IMG/VR virus record: IMGVR_UViG_3300020469_005214
Coordinates: 32,001 to 96,000 of that record
Strand: one strand, 5' to 3'
Length of the DNA: 64,000 bases
From: a virus
The first letter of the stretch is position 1; each line of letters opens with the position of its first letter. Positions 28,023-37,704 of the stretch are shown one piece after another. The notes under the pieces were generated by a model. That model saw only the letters and a list, made by a program, of their open reading frames with translations, had not been told where the DNA came from and searched no databases. A program made the position numbers and the translations under genes.

Positions 28023-29117
28023 TTATAAAATATTTTCTAGTATTTTATCAGCCATCTTCTCATAAGAAAACTCATTTGTCAAGTTATTTTTTTTATTTTT
28101 TGACTTTAATGCATTTTTTATTTGTTTTACCATATCTTCTTCTTCAAAGTCATAAATATTTCCAGCATTAAAGGGTGCCTGACTGTTAAAAAACATTCCG
28201 TCGTCTGCAGAAATTTTACCACTAGAATTTACAATCCAACAATTATCTTCATTAGCCCATTCTTTTATACCAGAATTGTGGTGAACTACTGCCTTTTTGC
28301 CGATTCCAGCCATATGAAAAGATGGCAGAGACCAACTTTCGCCACCAGAGCCATCAACCACAACGTCTGCTATATTATAGCATTTGTTTAATTCGATTAA
28401 TTGTGGAAAATGTCCCATTAAAACAAAATTATCTGGGAGCTTACCACCACAAGCCTCTTGAATTACCTGAAGATTTATTGCATTACATCTCTCAGGATTT
28501 TGTTGATCGTAAAAAGGATTAAAGACATGTAGATGTATTTTGAACTTAGAATTATTTCCCCAATTTTCCGACAATAATTTGATCATCTTAGCTGTCCGCT
28601 TACGGTGCTCAAATTTACCAGCTAATGCAATAACGGTAGGATTGTCTTGGTAAGGTTCTACTTCTACAGGTTTAAATGCAAGAGAATTGTATCCAAGCGG
28701 AATGGTAGAGATATTTTTTACACCGTATTCTTTTCCAACGTTTTCAGTAAAACTACAGGGAGAAAAAACCTTTTCAAAGTTGTTTAAAATATTTTTTTCG
28801 GTTTTTGTCATTTGATCAACTTCGTGAAAAAAGTATAGAAAATTGTTTTTTCCTACTGATTCAAAACTACCATTTATATGCCAAAGTTTTAAACTTGGAT
28901 CGCTTGATTTAAATTCTGATTGAGCTTTGCCACAACAGTGATGAAGCCATTTTGTGAAATCTTCAGGAAGAAGCCCGTCAAAAGAAGATATGTCTGGATT
29001 ACCAATTAAAAAAATATTTGGCTCTAACTTTTTCAAAAAGAACTCATAGAGCATATTTGTTGAAACCTGTCCGAGGCTTGTAGGATTAATTGGAACTTGT
29101 AAGTTGAATTGAGTCAT
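28023..29117 (-). CDS. Glycosyltransferase family 4 (GT-B)
   Basis: TSLGQV; GKFEHRK; SGGESWSLP. Confidence 0.85.
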   Translation of the reverse strand: MTQFNLQVPINPTSLGQVSTNMLYEFFLKKLEPNIFLIGNPDISSFDGLLPEDFTKWLHHCCGKAQSEFKSSDPSLKLWHINGSFESVGKNNFLYFFHEVDQMTKTEKNILNNFEKVFSPCSFTENVGKEYGVKNISTIPLGYNSLAFKPVEVEPYQDNPTVIALAGKFEHRKRTAKMIKLLSENWGNNSKFKIHLHVFNPFYDQQNPERCNAINLQVIQEACGGKLPDNFVLMGHFPQLIELNKCYNIADVVVDGSGGESWSLPSFHMAGIGKKAVVHHNSGIKEWANEDNCWIVNSSGKISADDGMFFNSQAPFNAGNIYDFEEEDMVKQIKNALKSKNKKNNLTNEFSYEKMADKILENIL

Positions 29118-29147
29118 ATTTTTAATGTTTTAATTAATGTTTTCTTG

Positions 29148-29687
29148 TTAACACATTTCTTTTGTTAAAATTTTCTTAAATCTATTGATTTGGCGATTAT
29201 ATTTTTGTCTAACCCATTCATAGCTATATTTACCATCAAATAGGTCTTCGATTTCTTTTAAAGTATGACCCTCTAATCTTTTGATTAATATAAATCTATC
29301 CTCTTTATCAGAAATATTGTCTTTAACGTATTTATAAATCTCTTCCATATCAGAATTATAATCCTCATTTCCATCCCAATCATTTATTTCTGACGTTTTT
29401 TTACTGCGAGACATGTAGTTGTGACAAGTCCAAAAGGTTTTATTACCCAACCAAGTATTAAATTGACCCTTTTCGGCTTTATATTCTTTTGCTACTTCAT
29501 AAAAAAAGGTCATAGGATTTTGTTCTAAATCTCTAACTTCCATTATGTTATGAAATTTTCTTGCTTTTTGATGAAATATACCAGAATGCCTATTTTGAAG
29601 TTCTTCTAGACAGCCAGAAACTTCAATATTTTCCTTAATATTAGAAGTCAATTCTGTATCTGAAAGCTTAGAGATCTCTGGAATCAT
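29148..29687 (-). CDS. Phage sigma-70-family sigma factor
   Basis: Region 2-like GQFNTWL; region 4 HTH GHTLKEI..SYEWVRQ. Confidence 0.75.
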   Translation of the reverse strand: MIPEISKLSDTELTSNIKENIEVSGCLEELQNRHSGIFHQKARKFHNIMEVRDLEQNPMTFFYEVAKEYKAEKGQFNTWLGNKTFWTCHNYMSRSKKTSEINDWDGNEDYNSDMEEIYKYVKDNISDKEDRFILIKRLEGHTLKEIEDLFDGKYSYEWVRQKYNRQINRFKKILTKEMC

Positions 29688-29720
29688 GCACTAGTATCTA
29701 TTGAATTATAAATAATTCAA

Positions 29721-30152
29721 CTATTTTTTTAACTCGTCAAGATGAGTATGAGGATCTTTTCCGTTTGGGTATCTTTCAATTACTTCGGCGGTTTTTTTGT
29801 TTAACTCTTGAATCCATCCATCTTTTACTTTGGGTGGTCTATCATCTGTAAATTTTTCATTTATCATCGAATCTCTCATAACTGCAAGACAAGATAAAGC
29901 TTTTGTAATGTGAGACAGTCCGCTGTCTGGATCAATATCCTCTCCTTCCCACCAAGCCATCAAATGCCTCATCGCGGCATCGTAATAAATCGAAGCCTTA
30001 ACTCCAATTACTCTATAATTGTGTCTTCCGTATTTTCTATCTCCCTCTAACATGGCGAGTCCCATTTCCATTAATACTGGTGCTGAAACTGTTGACATAG
30101 GAACCTTTTTACATCCAACGGCATCTTTAGGGTTTGAATCTTTAATAATCAT
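29721..30152 (-). CDS. dATP/dGTP diphosphohydrolase domain protein (DUF5664-like)
   Basis: GDRKYGRHNYR; YYDAAMRHL; GEDIDPDSGLSHI. Confidence 0.85.
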   Translation of the reverse strand: MIIKDSNPKDAVGCKKVPMSTVSAPVLMEMGLAMLEGDRKYGRHNYRVIGVKASIYYDAAMRHLMAWWEGEDIDPDSGLSHITKALSCLAVMRDSMINEKFTDDRPPKVKDGWIQELNKKTAEVIERYPNGKDPHTHLDELKK

Positions 30153-30160
30153 ATTTACAA

Positions 30161-30235
30161 TATATAAACTATATTTTTAATTATGTCAAGTATTTAAAAC
30201 GTTTACTTGACATTAAACCCCTCTTACTATATATT
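30161..30235. promoter_or_regulatory. Divergent sigma70-type promoters at the strand switch
   Basis: Minus: TTGACA(30189-30184)-N17-TATATA; plus: TTGACA(30207-30212)-N17-TATATT(30230-30235)-N7-ATG 30243. Confidence 0.8.
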
Positions 30236-30242
30236 GTTTGAT

Positions 30243-30440
30243 ATGAAAATAAAAGGACAAGTAATTATTCACTTTAACATATTGGATTTAGACAATATTA
30301 CATCTGCAATTATGTGGGGAGATGACTTAAGTTCAGATGAAATAAAAAAAATATCAGAACACTTATCTTCTAAGAAAAAAATTATACAACAATCTCAAGT
30401 AATAGAAGATATGAAAAAGAAATATGAAGAAAAATATTAA
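30243..30440 (+). CDS. Hypothetical protein
   Basis: Start moved to ATG 30243 because the TTG start lies inside the -35 box. Confidence 0.6.
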   Translation: MKIKGQVIIHFNILDLDNITSAIMWGDDLSSDEIKKISEHLSSKKKIIQQSQVIEDMKKKYEEKY

Positions 30441-30789
30441 AAATATTCCAAGGAAACCCTTAAGCGATTCTTTTAAGGGGATATGGATACCTAGGGCTGT
30501 ATGTCTAAATATAAGCCTGACTAATACGGAACAAAAATTAATGGGAGTTATTTATGCACTTTCTCAAACATCGGAAGCTCGTAAATATGGAGGATGTTTT
30601 GCTACAAATTCATATCTTGCAACTATTATGTCAACTAGCAAGGGTTCCATAGCAAAAATGCTTTCAGATTTAAGAAATAAGAAACAAATAAAAACCATTG
30701 ATAGTCAACACTCTATGAATGACAAAATAAGAGTTATACAAATTATAAGTTGTGTGAAAGACTTTAAAAAGGGGTTTAATGTAGGATGA
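30424..30789 (+). CDS. Winged-HTH protein of phage replication-initiator type
   Basis: FKGIWIP...GCFATNSYLA..M..SKGSIAKMLSDL N-terminal HTH typical of phage Rep/O-like proteins. Confidence 0.7.
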   Translation: MKKNIKNIPRKPLSDSFKGIWIPRAVCLNISLTNTEQKLMGVIYALSQTSEARKYGGCFATNSYLATIMSTSKGSIAKMLSDLRNKKQIKTIDSQHSMNDKIRVIQIISCVKDFKKGFNVG

Positions 30790-30903
30790 TAGGGGGTTTA
30801 ATGTGTAGTAAACAAGTATTTAATAATATTAAACCATATAATATAGATATAGAAAGTATTATATTACATATAATACTAATATTCTTCGTTCCTCAGAATA
30901 TTA
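30770..30903. other. Candidate replication origin: iteron-like repeats, AT-rich tract, two hairpins
   Basis: GGGGTTTAATGT at 30771 and 30793; inverted repeats 30855-30877 (10-bp stem) and 30877-30903 (9-bp stem). Confidence 0.5.
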
Positions 30904-30924
30904 AAATTAGTTTGAATTTAATGC

Positions 30925-30953
30925 TTGACTTATATTTTAAAACGAGTTATTAT
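30925..30953 (+). promoter_or_regulatory. sigma70-type promoter
   Basis: TTGACT-N17-TATTAT, 8 nt before ATG 30962. Confidence 0.7.
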
Positions 30954-30961
30954 CACAAATA

Positions 30962-31309
30962 ATGAAAAGAAATAGTTACTTATTATTTGAAGATGAATTC
31001 TACGACCAGTTTTCTGCAGATTCTGGAATTATCGCATTCTTCTCGTCAATGAAAAACTCAAAAGACCCAATAAAAGAGTTTGACGATGCCTTTGATTTCT
31101 GGGTTGAGCATCAGAAGAATACAGTTCAAAAAATTATTGAGGTTTCGTTAGATGTAAATAAAAACCCACAAAAGTATTCAAGAGAATACCAAGAAGTATA
31201 TGGAACCTTAGAGGTAGAAGACTATCACGAGGTTTCAAGCAAAGCTTTAAGAACTTTGAAAACTAAAATAAAGAATCAATTTGAAGAATTTTTGAAAAGA
31301 ACACAATAA
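30962..31309 (+). CDS. Hypothetical protein
   Basis: ORF with own promoter. Confidence 0.7.
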   Translation: MKRNSYLLFEDEFYDQFSADSGIIAFFSSMKNSKDPIKEFDDAFDFWVEHQKNTVQKIIEVSLDVNKNPQKYSREYQEVYGTLEVEDYHEVSSKALRTLKTKIKNQFEEFLKRTQ

Positions 31310-31317
31310 GCAAATTT

Positions 31318-31680
31318 ATGAATAAGATAGATATAGAAAAAATTAACAGACTTAAATCTCATAAAGATTTTTATCAATCCATGATAAATCAATTTTATAG
31401 CGAAGCCTTAGAGTTATATGATGGAAACGAAGATATTTTTATGGATTATTTTATGAATGATCTACAAAGTTTAGACGAAATCATAGATATTAAAAAAAAC
31501 AATGATGATGTTTCTGTTAGATTAACTCCAGTTACAAAACATAAAAATGGAGATATTTCATACACGTTTGAATATACTGAAAATTTTAAAGATAAACTAA
31601 TTGAAAACGGTATAGAAAACCCAACTGAAGAAGACATTGGGGAGCATATTCTAAAAAAAATAAAAAGCTTTCTAGATTAA
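31318..31680 (+). CDS. Hypothetical protein
   Basis: ORF in operon. Confidence 0.7.
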   Translation: MNKIDIEKINRLKSHKDFYQSMINQFYSEALELYDGNEDIFMDYFMNDLQSLDEIIDIKKNNDDVSVRLTPVTKHKNGDISYTFEYTENFKDKLIENGIENPTEEDIGEHILKKIKSFLD

Positions 31681-31683
31681 TTT

Positions 31684-32496
31684 ATGACTAAAATATCACT
31701 AGCTACATCTGCATTCAACATTGTTAAGAATGACTTTGACATTGAAGATGCTATTCAAAATTGGTCTCATTATGTTGATGAAATAGTTATTGCTACTATT
31801 CCAAGTGAAGACAATACGAGTGAATTACTTAATCAAATCAAAAATCAGTCTAAAATTGAAGTTAAAATTGTCGAGCTTGATGATTCTACTGACGTCGTTG
31901 GGTGGGATGGAAGAATTAAAAATGCGGCACACCAAGGATCAAGCCACGACATTGTTGTTCAAGTCGATCTTGACGAAAGAATGGGCGGTCAAACCGATGT
32001 ATGGAAGTCTACGGCTGAAACACTTTTAAAATCAAGAGAACAAGTCAAAGCTCTTGTGATTCCATCGGTTAACCTGTATGGCAGTTATTATACTTATGCT
32101 GACATCAGTAAAAAATGGTATATGTGTTTAAGGGAAGGCGTTCAAAGAGGTATTGTTAATTTTGCCAAAACAAAAGAAGGGTTTGATAGAACAAAGTCAG
32201 ATTCAACAGAAGCAATAGATGAGAATGGTAATCTTGTTCCTTCTGCAGATATTGTTAAATCTACTGGAAGTTGGACTGATCTAGAATACTGTAAAAAAAG
32301 AATGCCGTTTGTTTGGCACCTAGGATATTTATCTTTATCTCGTCGAACAAAATTAAATAAAGAATTTTGGAAAGAAAAGTGGGACAGCTATGGAGAAGGA
32401 GAGTCAGACGTAATAGTAGATATTGAAAAGTTTGAAAAGAGACAGGTTTTTAAGCACGAACTAGATATAGATTTTTTAAATATAGATTCTGTTTAA
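31684..32496 (+). CDS. Glycosyltransferase family 2 (GT-A)
   Basis: VDEIVIA..SEDNT; QVDLDE (DxD); WHLGY. Confidence 0.8.
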   Translation: MTKISLATSAFNIVKNDFDIEDAIQNWSHYVDEIVIATIPSEDNTSELLNQIKNQSKIEVKIVELDDSTDVVGWDGRIKNAAHQGSSHDIVVQVDLDERMGGQTDVWKSTAETLLKSREQVKALVIPSVNLYGSYYTYADISKKWYMCLREGVQRGIVNFAKTKEGFDRTKSDSTEAIDENGNLVPSADIVKSTGSWTDLEYCKKRMPFVWHLGYLSLSRRTKLNKEFWKEKWDSYGEGESDVIVDIEKFEKRQVFKHELDIDFLNIDSV

Positions 32497-32497
32497 C

Positions 32498-33316
32498 ATG
32501 ACACAATCTAAAATATTAGTTCGAGGCGAAGGTGGACTGGGCGACTGTTTGCTTTCTAATAGATTTGTTCCTGCGATTAGAGAGTATCACACTAATTGTC
32601 ATATTACTTTTGGTTTTGATAATTATAGAGGAGAGTCTTATCAACTAAATGTTTTAAATCGTTTTTATCCTAACATGTCTAATATATATTGTTTATGGAA
32701 CGAGGTTGATGAAAATGATTTTGATTATTTTTATGATCTTCACATAGATAAGATGAAATGGACTACTTATGATTTTGATTGGTTAAGTAGATTTTATTAT
32801 TTTCCTAAGACAGAAGTTGATGTAGAAAAAAAAGATTATGTTTGTTTGCATTTAACTCACAATTTATGGGAGCCAAAAAATCTTAAAAAAGAATATGTAA
32901 CTGAATTAGTGAGTCGTCTTTACGATGAAGGTCACAAGTTGGTTGCTATTTGCACCGAAAAAGAAAAAGAGCGTTATTCTGATGTTTTAGACAAAGTTGA
33001 AATTGTTTGTTCTGATATAGAAGAAGCTTGCATGACTGTTATGTCTGCCAAAGCCTTTCTAACTATAGATTCTGGTTTTAAATACATGGCTTATGCAAAT
33101 GGTGTTCCAACATTAGAAACCGCTGACCATTATTCTGAAGTTGGAGGAACTCATCCGATGTTCAAGGCAAGATGGTTACCGTTTCAAGAACGTGGAATAC
33201 CTCTTTATTCTGATCCTACTTACTTTATAGTTGGTTTAAAAAATATTTTAGAAAATAAAATTTCTTCAATATTTCCTTACAATACTTCAATAGAACAAAC
33301 ATTTGGTTTTAAATGA
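32498..33316 (+). CDS. GT9-like glycosyltransferase
   Basis: GGLGDCLL; FLTIDSGFKYMAYANGVPT. Confidence 0.8.
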   Translation: MTQSKILVRGEGGLGDCLLSNRFVPAIREYHTNCHITFGFDNYRGESYQLNVLNRFYPNMSNIYCLWNEVDENDFDYFYDLHIDKMKWTTYDFDWLSRFYYFPKTEVDVEKKDYVCLHLTHNLWEPKNLKKEYVTELVSRLYDEGHKLVAICTEKEKERYSDVLDKVEIVCSDIEEACMTVMSAKAFLTIDSGFKYMAYANGVPTLETADHYSEVGGTHPMFKARWLPFQERGIPLYSDPTYFIVGLKNILENKISSIFPYNTSIEQTFGFK

Positions 33317-34065
33317 AATTGTATACAGATAAATTAGGTATAAGGGTATTACCAAGTTTGGGAATAGGAGACATGGTTCAGTATTGTGCTATTCCAGAAA
33401 ATTTTTATAAAAATTATGGAACAAAATTAATCGACGTTTCCAATTGTTGGATTTGGGATGAAAACCCATATATTGAAAGAAATATTGAGACAGATAACGT
33501 AATAGATTTGTGGAGTTTATCTTGGAATTGTGATGATTTTTTAAACAGGTCTGAATTAATGAATTCTGTTTTAGAATTTCCAAAGATTTATTGTAGGTCT
33601 CCTAGACTTTATTTTAATGAAGACCCAAAACATATGCTTCAAAATAAACTTTGTTTACATTCTCAAGGTATCAGTTCTCGCACAATACTTTCTAAAAATA
33701 TAATCGACAAAATTAAAGAAAGATATTCGAATTACGATATAGTCCAAATTGGAGGTCTAGACGATGTTGATTGTCAAGTGAACGATGCTCGTGGATTAGA
33801 TATGTGGCAGACAGTTGAAGAGATATCTACTTCTTCTATTTTTATTGGAGTCAATAGTGGCATGATGAATATTGCCAATTGTTATCCTCACATAAATAAA
33901 AAATTAATTATTGATTTAGCGTCTGGACAGTTCGACGAAAATTTAAATAGATTTTCTCCTTTATCTAAAAATCATAATCTATTTGAATGGATAGATCATG
34001 GTTGGCAATATTACAATGACACTAATGTTGATATTGGTGTAACTTATACATATAATAAAATATGA
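33313..34065 (+). CDS. GT9-like glycosyltransferase
   Basis: GIGDMV; IVQIGG; FIGVNSGMMNIA. Confidence 0.75.
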   Translation: MKLYTDKLGIRVLPSLGIGDMVQYCAIPENFYKNYGTKLIDVSNCWIWDENPYIERNIETDNVIDLWSLSWNCDDFLNRSELMNSVLEFPKIYCRSPRLYFNEDPKHMLQNKLCLHSQGISSRTILSKNIIDKIKERYSNYDIVQIGGLDDVDCQVNDARGLDMWQTVEEISTSSIFIGVNSGMMNIANCYPHINKKLIIDLASGQFDENLNRFSPLSKNHNLFEWIDHGWQYYNDTNVDIGVTYTYNKI

Positions 34066-34823
34066 TTTTATCTGATAGTACATTCCCCAACAAATATGAT
34101 TTTTTAAAAGAACTTATTGTTCCATATTCTACAGACTTTACCAAAAAGAGGTATGGAAATAATTGGGATGGTGGCTATATATATTTAAAAGAATTGTTTG
34201 ACGAGTCTTCAATAGTGTATTCTTATGGTATAGACGATAATCCATCAGCTATATATTTTGACATACATTGTGCCAACGAGGGCAAAAAGGTATACATGTA
34301 TGATGGAACAATTGAAGGCTGTCCAGTCAACAACCAAAACTTTTTCTTTAAAAAAGAAAACCTATATAAAGGTGTTCTGGAAAATCAGATAAAAGAAAAT
34401 AGTCACGACAAAGAAACTAATATGGTTTTGAAAATGGACATAGAGGGCTCTGAATACGAAGTGATAAATTCCGATATAGAATTGATTAGCAAGCATTTTA
34501 ATCAGATGAATATCGAAGTCCACAGTCTAATAGAAGAAGATTCTGATAACTCTGGACTAGATGAGCTTAGTTGTGCAATAAAAAAAGACAACAAGATTAA
34601 AAAAGTATTTTTTGAAAAACTTCTAGAATATTATAATATTGTTCACATCCATGCGAATAATTATACTCCAAGATATGGAGATTTCCCAGAGACTATGGAA
34701 TTAACTCTTTTAAGAAAGAATTATTCATTTAATGGAATTGATAAAACTAAGTTTCCAATAAAAGGTTTAGATTTTCCAAACAATCCGAATGAACAGGATT
34801 ATGATTTGGATTGGTGGATATAA
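34062..34823 (+). CDS. FkbM-like SAM-dependent (glycan) methyltransferase
   Basis: DGGY; VYSYGI; LKMDIEGSEY; VHIHANN. Confidence 0.85.
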   Translation: MILSDSTFPNKYDFLKELIVPYSTDFTKKRYGNNWDGGYIYLKELFDESSIVYSYGIDDNPSAIYFDIHCANEGKKVYMYDGTIEGCPVNNQNFFFKKENLYKGVLENQIKENSHDKETNMVLKMDIEGSEYEVINSDIELISKHFNQMNIEVHSLIEEDSDNSGLDELSCAIKKDNKIKKVFFEKLLEYYNIVHIHANNYTPRYGDFPETMELTLLRKNYSFNGIDKTKFPIKGLDFPNNPNEQDYDLDWWI

Positions 34824-34826
34824 AAT

Positions 34827-35168
34827 ATGATAAAATTAAAAGTTGACGCAGGGTATGCTTTTGATTACTTGGCAATATTGGAAGTTAAAAAAAACAACAA
34901 CCCAAATCAATCTAATATTTGGCAGGATTGTCTTTCTTATATCTCAAGTCAATTCTCAACAGATAATTGGCAAGATATGATTACTTCTAAAGAATATCTT
35001 AAAATGGTTGAAGTAAATCAAAAAACTTTTGATGCGGTTAACAAAGCTCGTTATGGAAAAATAACAGCCAAAGAAGTTGACAATTGTAATATGGAAAGAT
35101 ATAATGCTAAGCAAAGGTTTAGGAGTAAATTTTTTCCAGAAAGTGATCAACTAGAGTTTAAGACATGA
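34827..35168 (+). CDS. Conserved GT-cluster-associated protein (DUF6165-like)
   Basis: GYAFDYLAILEVK...N.ERY.AK pattern. Confidence 0.5.
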   Translation: MIKLKVDAGYAFDYLAILEVKKNNNPNQSNIWQDCLSYISSQFSTDNWQDMITSKEYLKMVEVNQKTFDAVNKARYGKITAKEVDNCNMERYNAKQRFRSKFFPESDQLEFKT

Positions 35169-35914
35169 TAAAAATAGGATTCTTGCTTTGCGCATATAAT
35201 CAAGAAGAGTTTGTTGATGACTGCTTGGAAAATATTGTAAAATTTTCTAAAAATGGTGGACATCTAATAAGCGCTGTATCTGTTCCTTTTGCCGAATATA
35301 AGGGGGTTGAAGTTGAGGTAGACTCTACCACTGATATCCTTCGCAAACGCCTTTTATCTGGGGATATAGACTCTTTAACAGACTCTCCAGCTTACATATC
35401 AGAAGCGGATGCCAGAACGAAAGCACTGAAGCCATTATTAGATTGCGATTTTATTTGGCTAATTGATTCAGACGAAATTTATTCTTGTCAACAACTGAAT
35501 GATATAACGAATTTTGTAAAAAACTCAGAATTTATAGACTGGTTCAGACTGTCTTTTAAAAATTATGTAGGAGAAGGTTATCTCAAGGAGCCGTTTACTC
35601 CTCCCAGGATATTCAATACGAGAACAAAAAACGGCAAACTTGCTCGCTTTTATTACGACAATGATGTTATTTATGAGACAAATAATGGCGAAATTAATTA
35701 TCAAACCATGTCTAGCAAGTTAGTTCCTGCTTCTGTAGCATGGATTGATCACTTTAGTTGGACTAGTACAAATAAAAATAAATTAAAATGTGATTATCAA
35801 AATAAGCACTTTGGACATTGTTCTTACAAATGGGAAGACGGCAAAGGAATTATTTTTGATGACGATTATTATAAAAAAACAGGAGAAATAAAACCAAAAA
35901 TTATATATGAATAA
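35165..35914 (+). CDS. Glycosyltransferase family 2
   Basis: CAYNQEEFV; DSTTDIL; WLIDSDEIY. Confidence 0.85.
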   Translation: MIKIGFLLCAYNQEEFVDDCLENIVKFSKNGGHLISAVSVPFAEYKGVEVEVDSTTDILRKRLLSGDIDSLTDSPAYISEADARTKALKPLLDCDFIWLIDSDEIYSCQQLNDITNFVKNSEFIDWFRLSFKNYVGEGYLKEPFTPPRIFNTRTKNGKLARFYYDNDVIYETNNGEINYQTMSSKLVPASVAWIDHFSWTSTNKNKLKCDYQNKHFGHCSYKWEDGKGIIFDDDYYKKTGEIKPKIIYE

Positions 35915-36095
35915 AAAAATGATGGAAGTAGAAGTGGATGGAAAAATTGAAGAGAGATCGGTTGATTACTCTATGTATAGGGGTAAAGATGAAGACGGTC
36001 GTGCAAAGTTTGTTGATTATCCAATCCTAATGCCTCAAGAGCATTTTTATGAAAGCGAGCGTGGTCTTAAGGTTTTTACCTCTTCGGTTCGTTGA
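35907..36095 (+). CDS. Hypothetical protein
   Basis: Overlapping ORF in operon. Confidence 0.55.
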   Translation: MNKKMMEVEVDGKIEERSVDYSMYRGKDEDGRAKFVDYPILMPQEHFYESERGLKVFTSSVR

Positions 36096-36146
36096 CAAAA
36101 TATAAAATATTTTCTTCTAAGTGCTTGCCTAAGTGTAATATTTAGA

Positions 36147-36542
36147 ATGAAGATCGATTTAAAACTTCTTTTAATATTTACATTATTAATATCATTATGC
36201 TGGGCAGTTTTGCTCCGCAATAACGATAATCATAATTCAAATTATTATACCACTACTGGAGAAAGTAATGGAAACTTTTTTGGCGAAAAAGTTGTCGTAA
36301 AAAAGACTGATATAGAAAGTCTGGTTGTAGGCGATTTCATTGTTTTTACAAAAGATGAAGACACAATTTTGCATCCAATAACCAATATTATAAGGCTAGA
36401 AGATGAAATAATTGGTTTTGAGACAAAAGGTCTAGAAAACGATATAAAAGACCCAATAGTTTTGCCTGATAAGATCATTGGTAAGGCGTATAGAGTCTTG
36501 GAAAACGGCCTAATAGAAAAAGATACAAAATCTCCGAAATAA
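36147..36542 (+). CDS. Degenerate S26 signal peptidase I-like membrane protein
   Basis: N-terminal TM; GDFIVF, ILHPI, ETKGLEN, IIGK correspond to SipW-type boxes but GSMxP is altered. Confidence 0.65.
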   Translation: MKIDLKLLLIFTLLISLCWAVLLRNNDNHNSNYYTTTGESNGNFFGEKVVVKKTDIESLVVGDFIVFTKDEDTILHPITNIIRLEDEIIGFETKGLENDIKDPIVLPDKIIGKAYRVLENGLIEKDTKSPK

Positions 36543-36623
36543 CTACACTAAAAAGTTGACTTTGTCATTAGTTATGTTATAGTTTTTTTAAGCTTTAGTA
36601 AAAAATGTAATATTAGCTTACCT

Positions 36624-37604
36624 ATGAATAATAAAACAATTTTTGAAGAACAAATTAGCAGAAAACCCAATCAGTATCCTTGGACTGATAAGTTTATTGA
36701 TGTCATGCACGACGGACACTGGACTCACAGAGAATTCAACTTCTCTTCAGATGTTCAAGACTTTAAGACAAAATTAACTGATCAAGAAAAACAGATCATA
36801 ATCAGGGCTTTATCGGCCATCGGACAGATAGAAATAGCAGTAAAAACCTTTTGGGCTAAACTTGGAGACAACCTACCTCACCCATCAATTCAAGATATGG
36901 GATATGTTATGGCTAACATTGAGGTCATCCACAACGATGGCTATGAAAGACTTTTAGATGTTCTAGATATGCAAGAGGTTTTTGAAGAAAACTTGAAGCT
37001 AGAATGGATACAGGGAAGAGTAAAATATCTTAAAAAATACACTCACAGATATTATAAAGATAGCAAGAAGCAGTTTGTTTACGCCTTAATTCTTTTTACA
37101 CTGTTTGTTGAAAACGTAAGCCTCTTCAGTCAGTTTTATATTATCAATTGGTTTGGTCGCAAAAATTACCTCAAAGACACCAGACAAATGACTGCATATA
37201 CAGTATTGGAAGAAGATATTCATTCAAAGGTTGGTATCAAATTGGTAAATACGATTCGCGATGAAATGCCAGAACTTTTTGATGATGAGCTTGAAGAAAG
37301 AATATTGCATGAGGCTGAAGAAGCATTTAAATGTGAATCAAAAATTGTAGACTGGATGGTAAACGGAGTTAACGAAGAGAGCCTGTCTGCACCACTCTTA
37401 AAAGAATTTATCAAAGCAAGGATTAATGATTCTTTAGAGCAAATTGGATATAAAAAGAAATTCGAAGTTGACGAAGAACTGCTTACACAAACTACTTGGT
37501 TTGATGAAGAAGTTTTAGGTAATTCAATGACAGACTTCTTCAATAGTAGACCAGTAGAATACGCCAAAAACAACAAAAGCTTTGACGAAGACGACTTATT
37601 TTAA
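36624..37604 (+). CDS. nrdB: Ribonucleotide reductase class I beta subunit
   Basis: EVIHNDGY; ENVSLFSQF; EDIH; TDFF. Confidence 0.95.
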   Translation: MNNKTIFEEQISRKPNQYPWTDKFIDVMHDGHWTHREFNFSSDVQDFKTKLTDQEKQIIIRALSAIGQIEIAVKTFWAKLGDNLPHPSIQDMGYVMANIEVIHNDGYERLLDVLDMQEVFEENLKLEWIQGRVKYLKKYTHRYYKDSKKQFVYALILFTLFVENVSLFSQFYIINWFGRKNYLKDTRQMTAYTVLEEDIHSKVGIKLVNTIRDEMPELFDDELEERILHEAEEAFKCESKIVDWMVNGVNEESLSAPLLKEFIKARINDSLEQIGYKKKFEVDEELLTQTTWFDEEVLGNSMTDFFNSRPVEYAKNNKSFDEDDLF

Positions 37605-37704
37605 AAAATAGGTTTATAAAATAAAGTTATGGGAGTTCAAAAAAGTAATTCTCAAAAATTCAAATTAAAACACAAAACAAATATAAAGTAAATATACTTA
37701 AAAC

